From Podarcis vaucheri (taxonomy: Eukaryota), in assembly GCA_965113315.1 (NCBI GenBank), contig OZ220371.1: DNA of 64,000 nt; one strand, given 5' to 3'. The notes below the pieces were generated by a model that was not told where the DNA came from, made no database searches, and saw only the letters and a list, made by a program, of their open reading frames with translations. The position numbers and the translations under genes were made by a program. This document shows positions 1-12,540 of this stretch, piece after piece (the first letter of the stretch is position 1; every line of letters starts with the position of its first letter).

Positions 1-46
1 GCTATGTTCTAATCTAAAACATCATTCCTTCTACATTCCTAGTCTG

Positions 47-47
<1 letters not shown>

Positions 48-104
<57 letters not shown>
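48..104. repeat. (TG)n(AG)n microsatellite
   Basis: Seen directly. Confidence 0.95.
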
Positions 105-106
<2 letters not shown>

Positions 107-813
107 CTTTTTAGTTCACCCCCATTCCAAGGGATCAAGAAGGCAGCTAACAACTTAAAACAGCATGTTGATGGGGTTGTTGCCATCTTTGTTTCTGCAT
201 TTTAAATAACTGTATGAGTCGTAGAAATGTTTCAGATGTTGCCACTTTTCCCAGCATTGAGGTGCTTCGAAGAGGAAAGTGTCATCTCTTGCATGCATGT
301 ATGTCTTGCAGCTGCCAGGGGAGGTTAATATCAAAATGAGGTTAAAACCTGAAATCGATACAATATCCACCTAAAAACCAGCCCATGCAGCACAAAATAA
401 TTCTAGGAACATTGTATAAGCCCCCACTAGAAATCTTTATTATCCAGGACTAAACATGGTTTTAAATGGTCTGGGAAAATAAAAATCAGAAAGTCTTTAA
501 TGAAAAGAAAGGCATTAGCATGCACACCAGCAGGCAAGCCTTGCTGGAAAGGAGATTCCATTATTGGGGTGCCTGCACCAAAAATGTCTCCTCCTTAGTT
601 CATAGAACAGCAGCAGCTTTGAAAGAAGCCTCACACCATCCTGCAATTAAGCCAACTGGAAAAACAAACTCTTCCTCCACTTCAAAAAGCCGTATGGTAA
701 AGGTGCTCTAGGTCTGTTTTTTAATGAGTCTCTCTTTCACCACTGACAGCATCTTCCATATTTGCTTTTATACTAAGATGCATAGGTACGTAGGTATGTA
801 GGTACAATTACAT

Positions 814-1168
814 AAAAGGTAAAGGGACCCCTGAGCATTAGGTCCAGTCGTGACCGATTCTGGGGTTGCACGCTCATCTCGCTCTATAGGCCAAGGGAGC
901 CGGTGTTTGTCCGCAGACAGTTTTTCCGGGTCATGTGGCTAGCATGACTAAGCCGCTTCTGGTGAACCAGAGCAGCACACGGAAATGCCGTTTACCTTCC
1001 CGCCGGAGCGGTCCCTATTTATCTACTTGCACTTTGACGTGCTTTCGAACTGCTAGGTTGGCAGGAGCAGGGACTGAGCAACGGGAGCTCACCTCGTCAT
1101 GGGGATTCAAACCACCGACCTTCTGATCGGCAAGTCCTAGGCTCTGTGGTTTAATCCACAGCACCCGT
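814..1168 (-). mobile_element. Sauria SINE
   Basis: Reverse complement of the Sauria SINE body with (ACCTTT)n tail; highly similar to three other copies in the window. Confidence 0.9.
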
Positions 1169-2409
1169 CTGTGCAATTGGTAGAAGCAACTAACCAATAT
1201 TTGCAACACTAGATGGCAGCAAACTTCATAGAAGGTAGACCGAGATATATGGCCTAAATTAAAATTTCTTTCAGCTGTGGTGTCTCTATGGGACTACCAC
1301 AGCTCAGCTGTTGTAGATTTCCTGCCAAGCAGAGCCGATACTTTTCCAATTCTGCACTTAGGGAGCTGCAAATTAAAGATTTGCCAATCATGTTGAGGAA
1401 AATGAGTGTTACTTTATTTCCTGTAATAATTATTAAACAACATGCACTAATATCGTACAGCCACGGTTACAGTAAAGGGCTTCAGACTACAATCATAAAC
1501 ATGCTTACTAGAGAATTATTTCCAAGTAAACATGTGTTGGACTGTACTGGAAGCGAGACTGGTACACTGACATTTATGGCACAGAAGTAACTAGACCCTA
1601 TTAAATCACATTGTAAGTGATGCACTGCAAAAGATCCATTATTCACATGATGTGAAAAACCAGGACTTCTGTTAAGCACTATATAGCAACCTAATTTTAT
1701 AATGCAATGTATTTTATGCATAACCCCACCCAATACATTTTCCCCAGTCATCACAAAGCATATACCCAAGCATCTCTGCATGTAATCTTCCCCATAAAAA
1801 TAATGTTTATATTTTTACTAAAGCGGAACTTTTATTTCAAGCTGTCATCCTCCTGTGTAGCAATGAAGCAGAAGTGAACCAAGAGTGGAAAAGCCAGATG
1901 CTTCCCTAAAGATTTGTATCTTTTAAATGTAGGTAATAATTTAGAACGTCTGTTCTGCACTCCTTTCATTGCTTCATTTCTTACACAGTTTGAACATGCT
2001 GGGTTCATTTATCAAAGGACTTGTTTTCATGTGTGCAACAGTAGAGATGACCAGTCATGAAAGTTGGTCAGGCTTCTAGATCCCAGACCCAGTAATTTTT
2101 AAGGGGAACAGTAATGTTTTTAATTTACTTCACAGAGCTTTTTCTTCTTCTTTTTTTTAGGGCAAAGACAGTTACAAAACCGGCTTGAGAATCGTTATAT
2201 AAGAAGCCACCAGACTCCACAAGTAGAGGAATAACGCAGCTGGAAAGATCTTCTGACCACTTCAGTGCATTATGCAGTCCCAGCAGATGCAAAGCCAATC
2301 AGTTGACTCCACCATCATGGACTGAATTAGATTCTTGGCATGCCACCACAAACCATGCTAAGGCTGCATTCCTCTTTACACTTACCTGGGAGTAAGCCCT
2401 ACTGACTGG

Positions 2410-3080
2410 TGTTATAGATTTATAACCCCCCTAAACCTTATAAATTAATAAATGCTAGGATCTGGGTTATTTGTGATATGAAGGAAGAATGCAAGTTGCA
2501 GAGGAATTCTTGGTCTAGCTTATGCAAAACAACCTGGCTGAGCTACGGCTATCAAAAGAACAATAGAGGAACATTTACAATATAAGTGAACTCCTTCCAT
2601 CTTGCCCCAGGTGTGAACAGAGACTGGAGATTTGGAAGGTTGTCAAGGTAACTGCTGTGGGGGGGGGAGGATTGCTGGAAGAAGAGCTGAGATCCATCTT
2701 GGGCAGACTGGCAGAAGGTTGCCTGTGCTGCTGTGGGCACCAGCACCTCTGGAAAGGACTATGCTGTAAAATCCAGACTCCCTCCATGCAGACTGAAGTT
2801 GTAAAAGCCACAACAGTCTCTGCAGTCTCTTCCATTCTCCAAAGGGACACAAAGTGTGGGTGCCTGGGACCCCACGGGCTTTTGCCACCACTCTGCTGAA
2901 AGAGGGGCAGGCACCCAGACTTTTGTAACAATATTTAGTTCTGAGTAAACATGCACGGGAGGGGGGGTGGATAAACAGTAGTTTTCCTGAAAGTTGGAAT
3001 TGGCACATTGTTCCTGGTAATCATGAAGACTAGGTCCGGTTAAGCAGAGACTAACAGAGGCTGCTTTATCTCTCCTGACA
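2410..3080 (+). mobile_element. Probable solo LTR (~670 bp)
   Basis: TG...CA ends; flanks CTGG/CCAG are consistent with a CpG-decayed CCGG TSD; it appears to split an older cacttacctgggagtaagccc...acatagga element. Confidence 0.5.
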
Positions 3081-3193
3081 CCAGAAACTAACCTTGTGAG
3101 TGCAGAAAAATTTACACATAGGAAAGAGAACTTGTGGCCTTCCAGATTGGATTCTGGCTCGCAACAGCCCCAGACAATATCGCCAGTGGGTCA

Positions 3194-3453
3194 CAGGGGC
3201 GTAGCGAGCTGCTCCAGTACCAGGAGTGGCGGGGGCAGGGCGATCCACCCATGGGGGCACTGCAGCAATCTGCCCAGGGGGCTGCCACGGTGAGCTGCCC
3301 ATGGGGTCCACCTGGCGGACACAAGCCCCATGCCGCCATTTGGGGCAGCGTGGGGCCCCAAGCCACCGCGTCACTCCCAGTTGAGGTGCATGGCTGCAGG
3401 CCAGGCCCCATGGTAAGTTCCGTCCCCTGCAGTATGCCGTTTTGTCACCCCCT
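3194..3453. mobile_element. hAT MITE nested in an older hAT MITE
   Basis: CAGGGG...CCCCTG termini; perfect 8-bp TSD GTGGGTCA (3186-3193, 3454-3461). Confidence 0.8.
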
Positions 3454-4815
3454 GGTGGGTCAGAGTGATGGGAGCTGGAGCCCCACAATAGCTAGAGAGC
3501 CCCAGGTCTTCCACCCCTGATTTACACAGTAGCCAGGATTGGTTCTAAGGAGGAGGAAGAGTTTAACCTCCCATGCAGCCATCCCTCCTTGCCATCTGCA
3601 CTCACTGCAGGCTCCTGCGCAACCTCTCTTCATGGCAGATGGAGGCGACTGAAAGAGCAGAGAAATTCATGTAGTGTGTATAAATGGCTTTGCAGTTTCA
3701 GCACAAAATGTCCAGGAGAAACTCTGCCAGCTTTTTAATGCTCAATCTCTGCCCCCAAACACCTTAGGGTGCTTCCAGACTGTAGCTGTTTTCAGGATGT
3801 ATTCAGTCACAGACTAGCAAATTCAGGTTGCACAGTGAAAGCTGATTTGGAGCTCTTGCCAACAAACTTACTTTCCTGAGATTGGACTTTTTGCAATAAG
3901 AAAAGTGAGATGGAAATGCACTGAAAAATGGGTCAGCACTTGCATTGCAGCAGCATCTATCCTCCCCAGAAAAATAATTAGAATGAATACTCATTAAACA
4001 GTCATCACTACTGGACCAAGTTCAAGGTGCTGTTAGTATTAGTATTATTATAGATTTATTTCTACCCCACCTTTTTCCCTGACAGGGACTCAAGGAGTCT
4101 TATTAGCTGTCTTGGGGTGCCATTTAGGATCAAAGGGGGATATAATATTTCAATAAATAAAACATACTTTAAAAAAAATAAAACCATAGATGTTCTTCCA
4201 GTCCATTTTGTCCTGTATTAGTGTGCAGTTAGATTGCCTAATTCTAAAAAGAAGCCTAAAAAGAAGACAGATTTGAAGTGAGGAATCGTCCAATGGTTGT
4301 TAGTGAAGAAAAGTGAGACAGACCCAGCACAAACTGTCTGCTTTAGACCTGGACATCTGGAAAGTCTACTTCAGTGTGAGGACAAAATGGGGCTTCAAAG
4401 ATGTGTTTCTGGATAAATAAATCCCAGTGTCCCATAGCAGAAATTTGCACACAGGAAGCCATTCATGGCAAAGAGTGGACCCAGATGTTCCGTCAAAAAA
4501 AAAATGTTGACAAGCTCCAGCAGAAAACTAGAACAGGGGATGTGGCAACAGTAAGTACATAATGGAGATTGAAATACCACACCTATAGTGGCTAAGTTTT
4601 TGTAGTTTTTGTCTACTAGTGTTTTCCTATCCTCGATATTAACCCTAAAATGTTATGAATAAGAAACCATGTACATTTTTAATGTTAAAGCCCTCTTTCA
4701 ACTTATTAATATTTCTTCAGCAAAATTAATGAAGTTAAATACAGTACTGTATGCAGCTGCTTATGCGCTGGCTATTTTAGGAAACCTGGAGTGTATATGC
4801 ATATGGTATTATCAG

Positions 4816-4880
<65 letters not shown>
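4816..4880. repeat. (ATA)n microsatellite
   Basis: Seen directly; source of the spurious poly-Ile ORF. Confidence 0.95.
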
Positions 4881-4881
<1 letters not shown>

Positions 4882-6857
4882 TATATCATACGGGAGAATC
4901 GTATTTTTAGCATAACTCATTTCTTGCTAAGATTAAGAACCAAGATGGAAATCTTAAAAATCTGTGTGGATAAGCTTGGCCTCATGATTTTCAAAGAATC
5001 CATCCCTTGCTGCTAATGAAAATGCCCTGTCCTACCACTGCCATACCTCTGATGCTGAGAGAACATGGAGCATAACTTCTGTAGATAACTTACGTGTATG
5101 GGAGGTTCAGACAGCTGAAGCTTTCTTGAGATAATTTCTTGAGATAATTTCCAAGGTGCTATGATGACACACAGGCAGGCAAAGCTGATCAGTACAAATA
5201 AATAAAGAAGCAGAATTGGTAGTCTTCCTTCCCATTTGCTCACAATTTCTGTCAGCTGAGAAAACACTCATGACCCATCTCTAGAAACTTGTCTCAGATG
5301 CATGAGACAGCCAGATTGAATGAAGGCCTTTTTGTGCTTCCTTTGATTCATAATATTTTGCTCATTGGTAGCAGGAGAATCTCAGCAGCATCTTCTTCCT
5401 GACAGGTTTAAATAATCAGATTGTAGAGTTGGAAAGGACTATGAGGGTCATCTGCCTGAAATGCAGGAATCTCAACTAAAGCATCTATGACAGATGGCCA
5501 TCCAGCCTCTGCTTACAAACCTCCAAGGAAGGAGAGTCCACAATCTCCCAAGAACTATCATCAGAAAGTTCTTCCTGGTGTTTAGTTTGAATCTCCTTTC
5601 TTGTAACTTGAAGTAGAGCAGGAGAAAACAAGCTTGCTCCATTTTCCATGGGACAGTCCTTTAGATATTTGAAGATGGCTCCCATATCTCCTGTCTCCTC
5701 TTTTCTAGGCATGTAACATTAAACCATTGTTAAAAATATTATGTGGTTTAATTCAAATGAGTAGTGTGATAGTGCATGCTGCTATAAAGTGTTTGGTTTG
5801 CTCTTCCCATACTTCCCTCAGCCAGACTTGAGGAAACAAACTGGCTTAGCTTTATATGTGAGCTACTACTTGTGGTTTGTTTCTTCCTCATGGGGTAATG
5901 GGATGAGCAGGGAGAAAGCCAGCTTTAAAGCAATGTGCACCGGCACACTTTTCACTGATATTAAACCATAGTTTATTTATAACTGTTGTTCAACATTACA
6001 TGCAAACTGGGGAATAGCTGATATTTTTTTCTGAAGGTTTTGCATTTAGCAGAAGCAGGGCAAGCACTGGTTGTTATATCTCTGTTAAAGACACAGGAAC
6101 CCTTCCAGAAAAAATAAATGGCAACCCTAACAGCTTCCATCCTTCAGTTGCAAGCTCCTTTCTTCCTTAGCCATGCTTCTGACAATTAAGTCTTTTTTCT
6201 CTCTTGTCATGCTAGTTTTGCATACACAGGGAGATTTTGAAGCTGGAGTCCTTTCAAACAAGCTATCCCTTGTGTCTGAAATGGTAGACTGTATCAAATG
6301 GTAGGTCTGTTTATTCTTTGAGCTTGCAGTTCATGAAATCTATGTGGGCATGCGGGAAAAACAGAGGCCCAGTTATTTAGTTTTTGATTGAAAAATTTAT
6401 ACCCCACCTTAAGTATGAATCCTATAAGGGCAGCCAAGAAACAAACAAACAGATAAAATGATAATAAACTGAGCTGATTTAAAAGCAGAGACAAGTAAAA
6501 AAAAAAAAAAAGCCTCATGATAGAAAGATCCAACAGTCATATCCCCAGAAACTAGGCAAATCCTCCTAGAGGAGACCATTCAATGAGAGGGGCAGCACAT
6601 CATAAAAGGCCCTCTCTTGGGTCGCAGCTACCGATGGAAGAATCTGTAAATTTTTGTTCTCTTAGTTTCTCAGTTTCAATCTTAAATTGAAGCCTCCACA
6701 TATATGCAACAATTTGCAATTTTTTAAAATATAAAAAATAAATAAATATAACCCAGATGAAAATTCTTCAGCATTTTAGTACAAATTTCTCCCAATGAAC
6801 ACATTTTTTTCATGCAGGTTTTCACTAATGTACAAATTTTTGTTATCAATTTCTGTA

Positions 6858-7148
6858 GTGGCTCCCCATTTTTGGAATGCCTTCCCCAGAGAGGCTCGCC
6901 TGGGGCCATCATTACATGCCTATAGGTCCTAGGAGGAAACATTCCTCTTTCCCCAGGCCTTCAGCCATTAAACAATCGATGGTCTTTTACAGTGGGGGGA
7001 GTGTTATTATGATTTTATTTTTCTATGATTGCTTTGTTATTGTTTTTATTATTCTATGTAAATTGTTTTTGATGTTGTACACTGTCCTGGGATCTTCGGA
7101 TAAAGGGCAATATATAAATTGAATACGTAATAAATTAATAATAATAAT
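6858..7148 (+). mobile_element. Older L2 3' fragment
   Basis: Similar to 20445-20750 (ctgtagtggctccc...tggaatg...ccaggcctt) with an (AAT)n tail. Confidence 0.6.
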
Positions 7149-7179
7149 GGCTGTTTTTCATACAGAATCTGCCCATCTA

Positions 7180-7876
7180 CTGCAGCCAGGTGGTGGTACA
7201 TCCATTTACCCTTCTGGGGCACGTAGCTTTGCTGGTGGGCCGTGGGACCACACTCGTGAACCAATGTCTGGCAGGCTGGATCGTTCCCTGCAGCCCAATT
7301 GACCGATGGTGGCAGGGCTTTGTAGGTATTTCTTTGAGCGGCAGGGCTTTGTGGGTATTCCTCTGAGCGCAGGATCAACTGCCCAATGGGGGCACTTGGC
7401 CACGCACCCAGGGCCAAGATAATAGGTGACCTGCCAGGCCATTCGGCCTCATCTTGGTGGGTAGGCATTAGGTAAGCTTAGATCTTGAATGGAGGGGAGG
7501 TTGTAGCCTCCGCCAGCTCCTCCACACATAAGGGTATCCTGTTAAAAAGATCCAGAAGGAGTGGCTCCTGTCCAACGCCCAGACGGGGGCTAGGGCCATT
7601 CCACTCTTCCAACGGGAACCATTTGGGGGACGCCTCAATTTGACGTAGGTCATAGGGCATTCCCTGTCAATTGGCTTCTCCCTTAGTGACACTGCCAGCA
7701 GGTGGGCTAGAGTGATATTTGGCATTGCTTTCCTCATTGCTTATGGCCAAAACCTACACATCTGTAACCAATAAAGCTGTGGCCTTATTTAAACCCATAA
7801 CACCAACCTATTGTGCACTGTCTAGTTATTTATCCCCTCAGGGAACAGGGTGGTCACGGGGCCTCGACATGCAACA
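7180..7876 (+). mobile_element. GC-rich LTR-like insertion of unknown family
   Basis: Abrupt GC rise, internal ~28-bp tandem duplication (~7312-7368), AATAAA at ~7770, ends ...tgcaaCA; no TSD found. Confidence 0.4.
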
Positions 7877-9276
7877 GGGAACGGGGCCTTTGTATAGCAG
7901 CACCCTGTCTGCCAAACTCCCTGCCAAAGCTTCACTTTGCCTTCTCTCTCATTTCCTCCCATACTCACCTGCATTCCAGTTCTGATAAGAAACAGTCAAA
8001 ACTTAAAAACTCCTACCAGGCGTTTAAAAGGATGGGTCTGAATGAATAGCTAGCAACACTGTATTTGTCAGAGTTTACATTCTAAGTTCCTTTGCTTTAT
8101 GTGGCAAACAATGCATTCAAAAAGCTCAAGGGAAAAAGTGACACTGATGCAGCTTCTTATTGCCAGAGCTATTTTGGGCAACACACTAGTATGAGGCATC
8201 ATGATAGCCGTAATATTTCCTTTGAAGGAATGTGATTGTGAAGATAAGTGCTATTTTCTTTTCCTTAGCTTTCATACATCAGCAACTTTTTAGCCTCGTA
8301 GCCTGGTAATCTTTCTAAGCATTACAGACTGTGTCTATTTTTATTTGGAAATAGAGAGTTGGAAAGCAGCCTGCATGGGCATTGCACTTTTTTCCCTTTC
8401 CTGCATAAGACCTGCAGAGTGACGTTTCCTGTTTAACATTGGAAAAATCCACAGCAAGCATGTTACCCACTTGGGTCTTCCTCTTAATAATTGCAGGATC
8501 CGGTTTATTTCTGATTCAGTTTCAAGAATTCTCCACATTAAGAACCGAGCACAGAAAAGTGTTCACTTCAGAAAATGAAAACATACAAATTAAATTAAAC
8601 CAATGATCATACAGTGCAGGAAATAAATATCAGCTCCAGATTATATTGACTGACATTCATTTTTTTCTGTCTTACTTTACCAAATTGCTGGTTTTCAGAG
8701 TATATTTGAAGGTCTGAACAGAACCAGTGCATGCACAACTTGTACACGCCTTTTTCAGGGTCAGCTGGGTATATAATCAATTGGCTATATAAGGAGTGAG
8801 ATGATCTTTCAGGTATTCTGGTCACAAACTGTGTAGGGCTTTATAAACTGGAACCAGCACCTTGAAGTTATAGCAGCAAAACATGATGGTGTTATCCTGT
8901 CCCAGTAAGCAGTCAAGCCACTGAACTTTGCACTAGCTGCAGCTTCCTGACCAGCCTCAAGGGCAGCCCCACATACAGTGCATTGCACTAATCCAGGCTG
9001 GAGGCTACTTGGCAGGAATGGCAGCAGTCAGGCTCAACAGCATATAAAGAGTCAAGCTAAATCCCATTTTCACAGTGTCCAACTAGATCCCCATAGGAAA
9101 CCTGCAAGCAGTGAGCACAACAGTACTCACCTACCTTTGATTCTCTGCATCTGGTATTCAGAGGCATCCAGCCACCGACAGTGGAGACAGAACTTAGCCA
9201 TCAAGGCTAGCAACCAATGTGGGGGGTTTTCTTCAGCTAATTATCCATTGCTTTTTCAACGTGCGTAACATGTGTT

Positions 9277-9835
9277 TGTCAAGAGCTGGACGGTGCCAGT
9301 GCAGTCAACTCTTTATTCAAAGAAACCAAAACACCGCAGGCCTAGTGATCCCAGCAACTCTTCCCAGTAGGTCTTGCTCCAATATGGCAGTTGTGAGGAC
9401 TGAAGGTCCCCGCCTTCCCACCACTCTCTAAGGTTCCTCTCCAGGGTCCTTCCCAAGCAGTCGCAAACTGCGTATGCACACAGTCATTCTCTGCTCTGCT
9501 TTTTTCATTTCTAGGAGACCAGGAGTAGGGAAGCTGGTTGCAGAAGGAGGGGGAGACTTCCTGGAGCCTATCTCAACTCTGCCTCTTGGCTAACCTCCTC
9601 TCCAGCCTCCGCTTCAGCCTCGAAGTCTGAACTGCACTCTGCCACAACCTCTTCCTGCTCACTAAACCCTGTTACCTCTTCAGCTTCTAATACCTCATTC
9701 TCCCAGTCTGTTGCTTCTTCTCCCTCTGACCACTCATTGCTGTTGCACCGCCACTCCCCTGGCTTTGAACCTTCTTCTCCTGGGGATTCCCTTTGGGGTT
9801 CCCACCACTCCTCCGCACCCAGCCAGTCCATGACA
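9277..9835 (-). mobile_element. Solo LTR (559 bp)
   Basis: TGTCA...TGACA termini; 5-bp TSD GTGTT/ATGTT; AATAAA on the minus strand ~35 nt from the 3' end. Confidence 0.75.
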
Positions 9836-11149
9836 ATGTTTTAGGTCAGAACTTTAGATCTTTCTCAGAACTGCAAAAAAAGGACAAAATGATCTTTGCA
9901 TAAGAGGTGGAAGGAACAGGGGCAGTGGGGACCATCCCTCCCGACTAACTAAAAATGTTGCAAGAGTTATGATCAGACAAAAATGCAGAATAGTGGGGGG
10001 GGGAGTCTAGCCCAGGGGTTTGCCTGTCCCAAGCTTGAAAGTATCTGTTTCAGTAATGGGATGGGGAATGAAAACAGCTCTCAGCCTGATGACCAGGACA
10101 ACCAGAAATAAATGGAAGAGTGCTATTGTTCTAGAAAAACACTGAAGACAGATTCCAGGTGTTACTGCAAATAGAAGTAGAACAGGGGAGGTCAGAAAGA
10201 TGCCACCCAAAAAGCACAGGTGTTTCTTTGTTTGTTTTTAAGTTACTGTTTTTCTAAGTGACTCATGGGGCCTATAACTTCTCAGCAGCCTGCTCTCTCT
10301 GCAAAGGTATATCCATAATGCAATCAGGGAAGAATTAAAAAAAACAATCTTTTTACAAATGGTCCTTTATTATGCAGCATCTGTTTGGAAACTTACAAGC
10401 TAAACTTTTATAGGAGTTGCACAAAGTTCCTTTTGCAGCTCCATTTGTCTTGCCTTTCCCTGCATCAGGATTTTTGTTACACAAGCAAATCATGTTGAGG
10501 CTGCAGAGAGGGGACTAGGTTTGTTAACACTCCAGCCTCATTGGGAGATTCCTCCTTAATAAGAGCTAAATGAGCACATACGCAGAGGTGCAATCATCCA
10601 TTATGGTGCTTAAACACCAATAAATATCCTGTTTAATATGCCCCAAACTGTTGTGCATTGCTGAAGGGGCCTGGAGAAATCAAAATTTCATTTTTAATTC
10701 ATGGCGCTGTGGACACTATCCAGTTAGGTGCCTGTTACAGATGCACAGATGCTGGAGAAGGTTTCATCTGGTTTAGACATAGGAAGCTGCCTTATTCTGA
10801 CTCACATTGTTTGTCCACCTTGCCCAATATATTGTCTATGGCTACTGACAGCAATAGCCCCCCAGGGCCTCAGTGCTCTAAGCAAGCATTGAAATGGCCT
10901 GATTGTAAATATGGAGTGGCAATGGAAAATTGATTTATATTGACCACATCCGTTTCCCAGTTTCCTGGCATTTTATTGTTGTCCCACTGTAACCCTTACA
11001 CTCAGACCTTGACAAAGAAAGAGATATGGGGAGAGGGGCAGCTGGGAAATCATTCGCTTCTCACACATTGCGCATGCATGTGGCTCAAAATCTGCACAAA
11101 TTATTTTCTTCTTTGATTCCCCTCTCTGCACGTTGTATTCCTTATTCTT

Positions 11150-11335
11150 TTTTGGAAACAGAAATGCTAAACCAAACTTCTATCACAAAATTTGTTCTTC
11201 TGGGATTTTCTGGTATCACAAATCTACAACTTTTGCACTTTGTGATATTGCTTGACAGCCTTGATGAGGAACATACCTTCCGCATTCTCCTCAGATTCTT
11301 GTCCCACCCTTTTTCCTGATCTCCCTTCTACACGC
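11150..11335 (+). pseudogene. Decayed 5' fragment of an olfactory receptor gene
   Basis: MLNQTSITKFVLLGFSGITNLQLLHFVILL has the OR N-glycan NxT and FxLLGFS motifs. A shifted frame gives LTALMRNI (cf. TM1 LxALxGN), followed by remnants resembling DSxLHTPMYFFL. Confidence 0.7.
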
Positions 11336-11406
11336 TTGTCGAGAATGTGGATTGGGTGGTGGAATCATTTCTGATGCTTCTTAATCATAACTGTTAAAGT
11401 TGGGAT

Positions 11407-11718
11407 AGGTAAAAGTAAAGGGACCCCTGACCATTAGGTCCAGTCATGACTGACTCTGGGGTTGTGGTGCTCATCTCGCTTTACTGGTGGAGGGAACTGG
11501 CGTACAGCTTCCAGGTCATGTGGCCAGCATGACTAAGCCGCTTCTGGCGAACCTGAGCAGCGCACGGAAACACTGTTTACCTTTCCGCCGGAGCGGTACT
11601 TATTTATCTACTTGCACTTTGACGTGCTTTCAACTGCTAGGTTGGCAGGAGCAGGGACCGAGCAATGAATCGTGGGGATTCAAACCGCCAATCTTCTTAT
11701 CAGCAAGCTCTAGGCTCT
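11407..11718 (-). mobile_element. Sauria SINE (5'-truncated)
   Basis: Same family as 814-1168. Confidence 0.88.
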
Positions 11719-11736
11719 TCACTTACATAAATGGAG

Positions 11737-11995
11737 GGCTTGTCCACACTTCCCCCTTGACCCCGTGGCTAGAAATCATGGACCTGAGACATTTTCCACT
11801 TGTCCATTCTTTCTAGGCACAAATCCAAGTCTCTATTTGACTTGCTGCTGCTTTCCCCAAGAAAACCCACTCTTTACCACTGAATCAGAGCAAATGTCAG
11901 TTCATGGAAAACCTAATCGGTGTTTGGTCAATGCAGTGCTAAGCAGAAGACTTCATCAGGGGGAAGTAGCAGGGCAAGCAGAAGTGTGGACATGA
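11737..11995. mobile_element. Palindromic Harbinger-like MITE
   Basis: gggcttgtccacacttc ... gaagtgtggaca termini; similar to 12296-12540. Confidence 0.6.
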
Positions 11996-12295
11996 AAGCT
12001 CCTAACACTATTACACATTTACTGCCCTTAGATGTGATAGATGGTTTGTGGATTCATCAACAAACAGAAGGAGAAGGTATGGTAGACTGAGTTCTGGATA
12101 GCCTTGATTTAAGTTGTTCCATGCATTTATTTCCTCTTTCATCATGCATTCATTTCATCTTTATTTAACTGGCATGGAACAACAAGAATCACTTATTTAT
12201 TCTACATTTTACAGCCATGCAGCCTATGCATGTTTACAAAAATTAATTTCAGCGGTACTTATTCCCAAGTATGTATTCATAGGCTTAGAGTCTTT

Positions 12296-12540
12296 GGGTT
12301 TGTGCACACTTCTGCATGTCCTGTGGTCTGAGCGGTTTTCTGCTTGTCCCATTCTAGGCACGGGCCTGGGCAGTTTTTCGTTTGCCCTATCACTTTCCCC
12401 AGGAAAACCTGCTCTTTGGCACTCAATTGGAGCAAATGTCAATCCATGGAAAACTCAATTGACATTTGCTCTGACTCAGCAGTAAAGAGCAGGTTTTCCT
12501 GGGGCAAAGAAACAGGACAAGCAGAAGTCTGGATGAGCCC
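12296..12540. mobile_element. Palindromic Harbinger-like MITE
   Basis: gggtttgtgcacacttctgc ... gcagaagtctggatgagccc termini with a long internal inverted repeat. Confidence 0.65.

Noticed and set aside
4669-5016. 115-aa ORF with a poly-Ile tract
   Set aside because: Translation of an (ATA)n microsatellite.
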